DNA from: Camelus dromedarius
Lineage: Eukaryota
DNA length: 64,000 nt
NCBI RefSeq assembly: GCF_036321535.1
Contig: NC_087436.1
Span: forward strand, 116,748,001 to 116,812,000
Direction: 5' to 3'
Shown here piece by piece: positions 24,201 to 34,863 of this stretch (position 1 is its first letter; every line of letters begins with the position of its first letter). The notes under the pieces are model-generated. The model was not told where the DNA came from, searched no databases, and was given only the letters and a program-made list of their open reading frames with translations. The translations under genes were made by a program, and so were the position numbers.

Positions 24201-27200
24201 CATTCTCTGCACTCTAAGCACGAGGTCCCTCCCTGGCGCTCCCCAGACCACAGAAGAAGGCCCATCAAGTCCCTTTTACTCTTGGGTTTTTATGGAGTGT
24301 GTACCAACCAGGCACAAATCAGGTTATTGTTCTGAGAGTTTTTAAAAGGTAAACATATTGCTTTTTTTATGTTGTTTTCGATCACACATCCAGAATCTTT
24401 CAGGCATGACCATCTATAAATTTTAAATTCCACTATGAATACATCTAAGGACCTATGAAAAGGGTAATTCACTGTTTTTATTATATTCGCTCGTTACATA
24501 CATCGATGGCCTATTAGGAGCTACATCCCCTGACAGTCAAGACAGACGGGGAAGAAAAGGAGAAAGCATTTGAAAAGGTGATATGGAAGGCTTCTATTTT
24601 TTGGTTCATTTGTTTCCTTTTGCTGAATCAAAATTTAAACAACAACAAAAAAGAAAGAAAGAAAAAAGACTTCATGGGGTTTCTTGAAACTTGAACATAA
24701 AAGGATTCAGGATTACTGTCTTGTTTTCTAAATTAGGTTATCTTTCTTTTGTCTTTCTGTCCTCAAGAAGATTAAAAAGAAAAAAGGAATTTATTTTGAA
24801 GGCAGACAAAGAGCCTTAATTAGAAGACAAGCACTGGGGAAGCCAGGGCCAAGTGACAGGGACCTCAGGCATCACACCTGGAGCCGGGAGCTGGGCCAGG
24901 GCCCCCCCCTCCCCCGTCAGCACCTGGTCAGGGCGGGCAAGTCACCTCGCGTACCTGGTGCAGGCTCTCTCATCAGTAAAATTAACAGGTTCAAGCAGAG
25001 GATGCCCATCTTTCCGTGAAGCCCCGTGCTCTGGGACTCTTTGAGGCTACAACTCTGGGAAAGCAAAGAGTTAAAGTCAGACACCCCCACCCTCCCACTC
25101 TGCACCTGCAACCCAGAGGCAGAGCTGTCTGCGCTAGAGTGTTCCGGGCCCATTTTCTGCCTTGATAAACGAGAATCAGTAATTCCCTGGAGAGACGCCG
25201 GCCTCTGTACCTGGATCTTCTCAGGCACAAATACATCCTCTGCTCCGAGTCTGCATGAGGGGAATACAGGAATTCAGAGTTTTGATGGGAGGTGCACGCA
25301 CCGATGATGACCACGCAGGTGGCAATTCCTAAAAATGGAAGCCTGATTCATCTCATCCGAGAACGCAGAGCCTCTCTCTGAGTCCAGGGAATCAGGAGGA
25401 GGAATCACAGCCCAGGCGGAGCCCAGGGGCCCGAAGGAGTCCAGAGGGAGCTGGCCAGGGCTACGTCCTAGCCAGGCACAAATCCACAGGCAGTTCACCA
25501 TCAGAAGGAAACAAGGCAGAGCCAGGCGGACTGTCCTGAAATCAGGTAGCCATTCAAATCAGAAGTAAACAAAGACAGGAAGCCGTGGGGAGAAAGAAAA
25601 GGCAGAGGAGGTGAGCGTCTTGCTCAGTAGCTTGGTTCCCGCTCACAGGCTGCCAGCTTCACGAGGCTAAGACCTTTTGTGTCTTGTCGCCCGTGTCCCC
25701 AGGCATAAGACAACATCCAGCACATAGCAGCTACTCAATAAATATTTGACTTGAGGATGGCCCCAGAGTCCACTGCCCAATTTCAATTCAGTTCAGGAAA
25801 GGACTTGAGTTTGAGAGGATTTTCTTCCCCAGACCATGAGGCAGAGCCTTATAGGAGCTGTCAAAGAGGATACAGGAGGATGGGGTGGGGGCTTAGGAAA
25901 CATGGCTGCCTTCCACCAAGATAGAGAGTGAGCACCGTTCTAGCTCACAGAGGGACATAGGACATGTACCTAGACATGTTTGGGAAAGATGATTGGAAAA
26001 GATGGCATCTGTGCCAGGCTCAGAAGAGCAGAGGGTTTGATGATGTGGAGGATGTGGAAAGAGAAGAAGAAAAGAGAAGCGGATCACAGGCAGAGGAAAC
26101 CACACGGACAAAGAGAATTTCGATGTGCTGTGTTTCAGCCAAGCAAGAAGTTCAGTTTGCCTGGAATATAGGTTTGTAAAACAAAATTGAAGAGTTGAAA
26201 TGATGGCAGACACAAAATTGCAGGGGATCTTTGAGTAGAAAGAGACTGATGTCCAGGAGACCAGTTAAGGAGCTCTTGGGATCCAGGTGGAAGATCGAGG
26301 GGGCTCCAGTGAGCACAGGACCCTGAAGTTAATTCATCTTCCTGCCACCAAGTCCTCAAAGCCTGTTACTTAGATACACCCTTCCTTATAATGTGGCTTT
26401 TAGGACTTTGCCACAAGACTTTCAGCTGCTTTTGAATCAAGACTCTTATTCCCCTCCTTTTAATGCAGTGACAGGAAAGTGTTCAGGATACACTCAGTAA
26501 TGATGTCTCGTGGAAAACGCCAACCTGTCGCACCCTCTAATTTTACACATGGTAGAACCATGACCAGGGTTCAGAGTGGTTAAGTAACGTGGTTGAGATA
26601 ACATAATGAGGCAGTGAAATAGTTAGGGCTTGAACCCTAGCTCTAACCCGAAAGTCACAGGACCAAACTTGCCTTCCACGCTAGCTGGCTGTCACCAGAA
26701 TTATTGTCCAGGGTTGTGGCTATAAATGGGAGATACTGGACAAGACAGACGGGAGGCTCTGAGCAATGGCCCCAGCACTGAAGCTGCTTGGGAATATAAG
26801 TCTGTCTTGCATCTGGTCCATTTCCCTCTCTTTCTGCTACACATGCCCTATGTACTCAGGCAGGGCAGGACCATCTCCAGATGCGGTGTGCTGTGGCCTC
26901 CCTGTGTGTCCAGACACAAGGCTGAATCCCCTTCCCTGAGCAAGGCTGGAAACCCTGCCTTATCACCAGCATTTGCTCTCCAGCAAAGGTGGCTTCCTGT
27001 GAGATATCTCAGCGTGGATTTACTGCAACAACCCAGATCGGCGATTAGACCACATCCCGTAGACAGCAGCGCACACTGTCTTCACGGACAGCTCAGATTC
27101 CACCCTGGCTCAGGCAACAAGCAGGGAGAGGATGTCCCACCGTGGGGGCCACGGCCACCTGACAGGACCATCTCCCATGTCCCTGCGCTTAAGTCTCCTC

Positions 27201-27440
27201 AGCAGAAACTGACTCAAACCTTGCTCAGTTCTAGACCTTCAGGACAAAAGGTCTTCTGTGTGTACATCTTTCCCCGTTCCTCACAGAGTGGAATATCTGT
27301 TTTCCGTGGCATCTGTTCAATAAAGGAACAGGTTCTACACCAAAATTTCTCGGACTTCCATGACTGGGGTCCTAAGTCCTTGCAAAGTAGGAGAACATGA
27401 TAGTCAGATGTGCAGGGTTGTTGTGAGGATTAAATTAGAG

Positions 27441-27951
27441 GTATTTGAGTTGAGGTTCTCCAGAAAAACAGACCAAAAGAATACATATATGTATTTATAT
27501 ATATACATATAAATATATATATGAATATATATTCATATATATGGAGAGAGACCTATTTTAATAAATTGGGTCACACGATTGTGGGAGCTGACAAGTCTGA
27601 AAACTACAGGGCAGGGGAGCAGGCTAGAGATTTAGGGAAGTGTTGATGCTGCAGTCTTGAATCCAAATTCCATGAGACAGTGGGCTGGCACCTGAGGCAG
27701 GGTTTCTATGTTGTTGTCTTAAGGCAGAATTCCTTCTTCAAGAAGGAAAACCTAGGTATTTGTGTTTAAGGTCTTCAACTGATTGGGTGAGGCCCACCCA
27801 CACTGTGGGGTCATCTGCTTCACTCCAAGTCTACTGATTTAAATGCTAATCGCCTCTAAGAAATACCATCTCCGCCACATTTAGACTAGTTTTTGACCAA
27901 ACAACTGGGCACCATAGCCTAGACAAGTTGACCCAGAAAATTGGTCATCAC
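27441..27951 (-). mobile_element. ERVL LTR (MLT2D-like) with internal TA-rich repeat
   Basis: ggttctccagaaaaacagacc...cacacgattgtgggagctgacaagtctgaaa...tttgaccaaacaactgggcaccatagcctagacaagttgac...atcaca. Confidence 0.85.
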
Positions 27952-28769
27952 AGAGGCACGAGTCAGTGAGAGACAGCAATTAAAACATCTCATTGAGATC
28001 CATTTGTTAATGAGTGGATGTTCCTTTCAAGTTCCTCTAGGAAGGTCACTGGCTCAAGTCTTCATGTACCAGTCAATCAATCTAAAAACGCAAGATAGGA
28101 GGGAAAGAATGATGAGGCTTCGTGAGCTTGAGAAAATGTGCCCTTGTGAATGTCTTCAAATTCAAACTTAAAAAAAAAAAAAAAACTCTATGGCAAGAAG
28201 GCTGTGCATGTCCTTCACGTTTTCTGGGTTCAGCAGAGCAAGCACATAAAAGTAGCCATCATCCAGGCAATGGCGTGTCAAAAACCCAGGGACCTGGGCT
28301 TTTCTCAGATGCTCAGGGAGCATGTTAAACATCTCCTAGGCTTAGAGGAAGCTAAATAACACAACTTCAAGGAAGTTTGCATATACCACCCAGACAGCTG
28401 AAGGACCGAATGGAATGAACAAATCAGTTATCAAGCACTCGGAGCAGTTATCTGTGACAACCAATGTGGTGACCCTTTTAGGGAAGCTAGAAGTACAGCA
28501 TCCTTCTGTAAAAAAATGATTATAACGGCCCCTCACATGCAAGAGCAAAGAGTTGGAGAACAAGTTTGTTGTGTATTTTCCAGGCTCTTCTGGAATTGTC
28601 TGCAAAACTTTTGAAAATTGGCCCGACATTTTCAGGAGTCGTGGAAGGTTATAAAACAGGCTGCAGAAAGACTAGCTGATGTGGTTTGTAGGTTTGCCAA
28701 ACACCTTCTGGATGTTACTCAAGTGTCATCTCTACTCACACACAATGAGTGAGCAAAATGCATGGCAGA

Positions 28770-29250
28770 CAGACACTCCAATGGCCCCCAGTACCTCTTT
28801 GCCTGTTACCCATGCTCCTCCCTGTGTAATCCACGCCCTCTTCCTTGCAAGCGAGACCTGTGACTGCTTCTAAACAGTCGGACATGGCACAATTGGCAAT
28901 ATGTCATTTCTGTAATTGCATTACATAAGATTACCACTTTCCCCTTGTCTTCGTGGTTTGCTTGCTTTGATAAAGCAAGCGGCCATATTAGGGAGGCCCA
29001 TGTGGCAAGGAACTGAGGACATCCTCCACCCAACACACAGCAGGGAGTGAGGCTCTCAGTCCAACAGGCCATAAGAAACTAGCCCCTGACGGCAATCGCA
29101 CGTGCTCAGAACCAGATCCTTCCCCAGTTAAGCTTCAGATGAGCCCTCAGCTCTGGCTGACACTCTGATCTCAACACAGATCATAAAATGGAGGCTCCAG
29201 CAAAGTCATGCCTGGATTCCTGACCCACAAAAACTGAGATGATAATGCAC
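28770..29250 (+). mobile_element. MaLR LTR (MLT1E/F-like)
   Basis: acctgtgactgcttctaa...ggcccatgtggcaaggaactgagg...cttcagatgagccctcagctctggctgacac...cctggattcctgacccacaaaaactg. Confidence 0.75.
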
Positions 29251-29759
29251 ACTTTTGGCCTGGGTGAAGTACTTTAATTATCAGCTGTCCTTCTCATTGC
29301 TACTGGTTGTCTATCTCTGGTATTCTTTGATTATTTTGAGTAGAATTGGGTACTAGATAACAGAGACTGATCACTAACATGCACTCAATATGTGAGGGAG
29401 TTATTGTAACTCTGCCCTTCCTTGTCTGAAAATGGGTATGATGAGATAGATTGACCACTTATTCAGCTGGCAGAACCTGATTCAAATCCAGATCAAGTAC
29501 CAGTGAGCGCTCTGAACCTTTGCATCCACACCACATTACACTGCGCGGAGACTAGCATCTCTCTGACTTGCCCATCCACTCCTTCTGAGGGGACAACCTG
29601 CCCTCAGGGCCATCCTGCCCTTGGCCCCATCCTTCCTTCCCACCTCTGTCCATTCTCTCTCATTCTCTCCTACTGAAAACTACAGCCAAGACCTATTTTG
29701 ACTTTGGGCCCTCAGACTCTCTAAAGAGTTGGAGTCCAATACTAGACTTTGTGAGTCTG

Positions 29760-30052
29760 CCCCTCTCAACCTTCTTCGGGAATTAGTTGAGTGGAGTTGC
29801 CTCACCTGGGGCCGCCCACATCCACTGACTGGTCCACCCAGGAGTACAGAGGATGCCTTGCACCCACCACAACATGGGACAGTCTGGAAGGCCATCCTGT
29901 CAATCTCAGAGCACAGCCCAACTCCTCCCCCTGCCCAATCCAGCTTCCTTCTCTTCCCTCCACAGAGGCTGATTCCAGAAGCTCACCCTAATGTACTTCC
30001 TGCACCCCTTTCTCCCTCTCAGAGTGTTTCTCTAGGAACCTAACATGTAGCA
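29760..30052 (+). mobile_element. LTR16-like ERVL LTR fragment
   Basis: caacatgggacagtctggaaggccatcc...ccctgcccaatccagcttccttc...cttcctgcac...ctcagagtgtttctctaggaacctaac. Confidence 0.65.
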
Positions 30053-30825
30053 GTTCCTTAGCAGACAGAGCATGAGCTGAACATGCAGTAAATGAATTCA
30101 ACAGGGCTGAGGGCAGACTAGGACTGGCTCATAAGTTTGTTGGGAGGATCTGATGGACTAATATGTGTGAAACGGCAAAGACCAGTAAGTTGTGAATCTT
30201 ATCTAAGTTTCAAGCTGTTGTTACGATCATTATAGCTATAATGCTATACACCACATTATTATTATGCACGATCTTGGAGTCAGCAATCCAGCTGCACAAG
30301 TCCTTGAGAGAGAGTTATGGCTTAGGAGCAATTTGTAGGATTTCTCAGAAGTCGGCAGTTGCCCTAAGAGTGTGTAGAATGAGCAGCTTCTGGAAAAAGC
30401 TGAACTTGATCTGTAAATTTATTAAAAGAAGCGTAGTTTCATGATGAAATGGTAATTCCTTATCCGTGCGGGTCAGACTGTACCCGCCATATTGGATGTA
30501 CCTGGGAGCACAGGTAAAGGTGAGAAGTTGGAGGAAAATGACCAGAGTAGATCGGAGCAGGCATCTTTCACTCTCAAAGTAATTTGCCCCACCTCACTCC
30601 CCACTTCCCAGCTCACCGCGTCCTCTGTCTGCCAAGTACTTGCATGTCCTCATTCACCACCCTGCAGAAGTCTCCCTTGACTACCCCTCACTTAAAGGTT
30701 CAACCCACTTCTTCCCTTTTCCTTCTAGACCATATGTTTTTCTCTATCATTACACCTGTTGTATTGCCCTGTTTGGGATCTGGGTCTGATTCATTTTCTG
30801 TAACTTGGGACAAGTTAGATGTTCT

Positions 30826-31255
30826 GTGAGTTAGTTTCCCAGGGGTATCATAACCAATGTCCATAAATCAGGTGGCATAAAACAATAGAAATTTATTCTT
30901 CCACAGTTCCGGAGCCCAGAAGTTTGAGGTCAATTCAGAAGGCTGTGCTTTCTCTGAAGGCTCTAGAGAAGAACCCTTCCCTGCCTCTTTCAGCTTTGGG
31001 GGACCCCAGATGTTTCTTGGCTTCTGACCGCATCACTCCAGTCTCTGCCTCCATCTTCACATGGGACTTCACATGCCCTTCTCTTCCACATCTTCTCCTC
31101 CTGTCTTCTCTTCTAAGAACACCTGTCCTTGGACACAGGGTCCACTGTAATCCAGGATGATCTCAGCTCATGATCTTACCTTAATGGTACCTCTTCCCAA
31201 ATAATTCACAGTTTCTAGACAGGCATATCTTTTTGTAGGTGTGTCTACCATACAC
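30826..31255 (-). mobile_element. MaLR solo LTR (MLT1C/D-like)
   Basis: gttagtttccc...ggtggcataaaacaatagaaatttattcttccacagttccggag...gaaggctctagagaagaaccc...catcactccagtctctgcctccatcttcacatgg. Confidence 0.8.
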
Positions 31256-31738
31256 TGTTCACAACAATTAGTACCTGTTGATTCAACCACACAGAACTGG
31301 CTTTTGTTGGACCTGCCTGAAAAGTAGTGAGGATCTGGAGAGGGCAGACTCAGAGAACAGATGAGATAAGGATGGAGCAGGTGTACAGAGCAATGTCACA
31401 GAGATGCAGAGAGTTTAAGGAGGGTACCACAGTGACCCCGCTGATGTGGGAGTGCCCACATCCTCTTCCTGACGGGGTCACTCATTCTACCCATCGCTGC
31501 GGCCCCTTGTAAAATAAAGCTCTTACATTAAAAAGAAAAATGTAAGTAATTGGGTTACTTTAAACTCAGGTTTTGTTTAAGCCCAGTGGAAATGCAAAGA
31601 GAGATTTGGAATTACGTGTGAGATGTTAATTACTTACATCTGACTGGGTGGTTGTTTCTATGAATGAATGCACTTAATTAATTTTTTCCCCCAGCTCCTT
31701 GCTATTTCCTGACTATAATCTATTTTCTTTCATCACAG

Positions 31739-31810
31739 GGGCAATAGAAAAACCACAAAAGAAGGATCCAGTGATTTGAAATTCCAGAACGTTGCTCTGC
31801 CGAAAAATAG
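31739..31810 (+). CDS. CLNK: CLNK coding exon (inferred exon 3), 72 nt, phase 2-2: (Q)GNRKTTKEGSSDLKFQNVALPKN(R)
   Basis: Acceptor tattttctttcatcacAG with a CTGAC branch-like site about 25 nt upstream, donor AG|gttaga. Peptide matches recalled human GNRKTTKEGSNDLKFQNFSLPKNR. Confidence 0.96.
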
Positions 31811-33577
31811 GTTAGAATATTTACTTGTTTATTAATAGAGGAGTAAAATTTTTGATTCTGGGGCAAATAAACTGACCAGCACGCACACATGCAACGTTAA
31901 TGTGGCAGAATTATATTGCTGTCAGTGACCTTAGAAGTTACACGGAGACCAAGGTCCAGAACAAGAAGGGCCTCGCTGGGGGTCGAGCATGCATGTGACG
32001 CAGGCACAGGTTTTTAAGGAGCCCCCGGGCGTCCACAGCGTTTCAGGCCAGGGCTATTTCCACCACCCACCCAGGCCTCTAAACAGCCCAAGAGGTATTC
32101 ACCAAGGGAGAAGCTTCCATTCTTCAGGTGCTGAACGATTTGACTGAGGAATCATGGATGGATCAAACCACAGGTTCACCACCAGGTCTGAGAAGTGAGG
32201 AGCCTAGAGGGAGCCATGTGCCCATTTGGTTTCTTTTGTCCTTCAATTGAGCAAAACAGTTCTTGAGCAATTATGGCATTATTTCGCGCGCAGGCTCCTG
32301 AACAGGCAGAGACAAGAGGCAAAGTCTTAACTCCAAGGGGTGCACAGTCATGACTTAAAGCTCAGGAGGAGGACTGACTTGACAAAATGATTGACAAGAG
32401 ACCAATCCTGAAGTCAGATCCAGCTCTGCCATTGACTGAAGTCTCATCCTGAGCAACAGCCTGCTGTTCAGAGGGGTGTGGGCCTCCCTGTGTCCAGCCA
32501 GACCACCTCGCCAAGCCCTGCATCCGGAGGTACCCAAGGATCTCTGCGTGTTGCACCAATCCTTGCCTCCCAGTGAACTTCAACTCAAGCCAATCGCCAG
32601 ACATCCGTTCAGTTCCTACTGCATGCCAGGCACAAGAAGCTTTCCCGGCATTCTAAGATGTGCTTGAATAAATATTTTCCCTGAGCAGAGCAAGTGAGTG
32701 CCTGCAAAACAGAATATTTGAAATATTTTCAAGACTACATTAAGCAAAGAAAAATTTGTGGCTGTTCTCAGACTTATTCAATGTTTACATTAAATAGATT
32801 TGAATAATGCATTTTAAGTCAGTTTTTCTTATTTCTTGACAATAGCAAGAGATGGGAGATGGAAGGGTTAGAAGTCTTCCTTCAAATGGAGATGGTTGCA
32901 GCAATTACATACATCAAAGTAATATTTACAGTTACATTTGGGGAAAAAAAACAGAGAGAGAGAGCGGTGTTTTTTTCTGAAGCAAATTATTTCAGGATGT
33001 GTCACAGTGTGCTCAAGATATATTAAAAAGAGCAACAGACGATGTTTCTGCAACCTGTTCCAAACCATTTATAAACTCAAATTAAAAAGGAAGAAAACTC
33101 CCAGATACATGCAAATCTCTGTACTACTGCATATTTTATAATGGAAGTATTATATGAATATAAATTTGTTTCTGAGGTCTATAAATCAAATCAAAATGTC
33201 TGAAAACAACATATCTGACCTACTATCTTACTTTAATAACTATTACACCAATATATTCATTCTGCACACAAATTATAATTATCAGGGTCTGATGATGATG
33301 GAGAAGGGAGGGTGTCACTGCTGGGTGTTGCTGCAGAACAGAACGAGTCTGCTAGGGCTGGATTGAAATCTCCGGCTGAGTGACCTTGTCGACACAAGCC
33401 CATTTTCATTTCAGTGCCTAGTGAATTTTAGAAATGGTATTTGAAAAAATTCAGAAGAGGTGGTCTTGCCCACCACTGACCCCCCAAACCTAAAGCAGTT
33501 CCTATGTTTGGGTAATGAACGCATGACCTCTGTAGCATGCCTGACACGTAGTAGGTTCTCAATAAATCACAAAGGCT

Positions 33578-33735
33578 GGGGAGAGCTCAGTGGTAGAGCA
33601 TGTGCTTAGCATGCATGACATCCTGGGTTCAATCCCTAGTACCTCCATTAAACTAAATAAATAAACTTAATTACCTACCCCCCCAAAAAAACAAAAAAAT
33701 TTAAAATAAATACAAAATAAAGAAAAAAAATTTTT
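33578..33735 (+). mobile_element. tRNA-derived SINE (camelid Vic-1-like)
   Basis: agctcagtggtagagcatgtgcttagcatgcatgacatcctgggttcaatccctagtacctcc followed by taaataaataaacttaattacctacccccc and an A-rich tail. Confidence 0.9.
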
Positions 33736-34689
33736 AAGGTTATCGGTCACTGAGTGCCCACCACGGGCTAGGAGCTATTTTAAGAGCTTAATACATGTAT
33801 CTCCCTGGATTCTAGCCATCACGCTCTTACTAGTTCGCCTTTTCCAGGAGAGAACAGTGCAGACTAGAGATGGTAAATAACTTCCCCAAGGCTGACTCGC
33901 TGGTTGTGGTTCACAGTAAACGGTGGGCATCATTATTATTACGAGGCTCTAAAACAACGCTGCCACTCCATGCCGCTGCCCTCAGTACTGCCACCCGGTG
34001 GGTGTAGGGACAGGCTCAGCAGAGCCATCCACCCCCGCCCACCCCCAAACTCAAACTCACACGGACCTCCTGGTAACATACAAAGTAAAACAGGAAGCTA
34101 AGTGCTGGGGCTTCACCCAGGTGCGACAGCCCGGGAGACGATCAAGAGAAAGACAGGATGGCCGCACACCTGTTAACCACACCCCACCTACAGCACTGAG
34201 ATGAGTGTTTCCTAGAACGTCCCATGGAACTTATCTGCCTGAATCCCCAGGGCCCACTTCTATTCCGTGCCATGTCCCCATGAGGCCAGCAACAGGAGAT
34301 CACTGACTGAGGTTTTCCAACCAAGTCCAAACTGAAATCAGTAGTTGAACGCCTGACAAGCGCCAGACGCCACGAGAAGAACACGGGCATCCGACTCACA
34401 GCAATTCTCTGAAGTAGGTGCTGTTGTTCTCATCTGAGCGATGAGCAAAGGGAGCCTGAGAGACAACGTGTTTTGGTCACAGAGCCGGGAACTAGTAATG
34501 GCTGGATTTGGATTCAGTTTGACGTCAAATCAAGCGCCATTTCTGGGTCTAAGTTATCACACGTGAATGTTGTTCTCTCTTCCTATGAGTCACGAATCTG
34601 CTCAAGACTCTCCACTGTGAAGACGGGGCGTATGCGTCAAACTTCGGCGAGGAGGGTCCACATCCACGATGGGGGAGCCTCACGGCGGC

Positions 34690-34863
34690 GACTCTTAGAC
34701 GTGGTCGCTGGGCCAGCGTCAGCATCGCCTGGCAGCTACCGTGAAATGCAGGTTCCCGGGCCCCACCTGCTGACTCAGAAACTCGGGTGTTGGAGTCCAA
34801 GCTCCTGGGTCTAAACAAGCCCTCCCAATGACTGTGATGCCCGTTCAACTCTGAGAGCCTCGG
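34690..34863. mobile_element. MER5A-like hAT MITE
   Basis: gtggtc...ccagcgtcagcatcgcctgg...gaaatgcaggttcccgggccccacc...actcagaaactc...taaacaagccctcc...tgtgatgc...ctctgagagcc. Confidence 0.7.

Noticed and set aside
26726..27400. Longest ORF in the track (224 aa, + strand)
   Set aside because: No recognisable domain or family similarity, Ser/Pro/Leu-rich random-looking composition, lies in a CLNK intron; most likely a chance ORF.
1..31400. Search for the CLNK ATG exon (MNRQ-like) or another gene in the first half
   Set aside because: No convincing ATG-bearing mini-exon or other coding exon recognised; a very short diverged exon could have been missed by eye.
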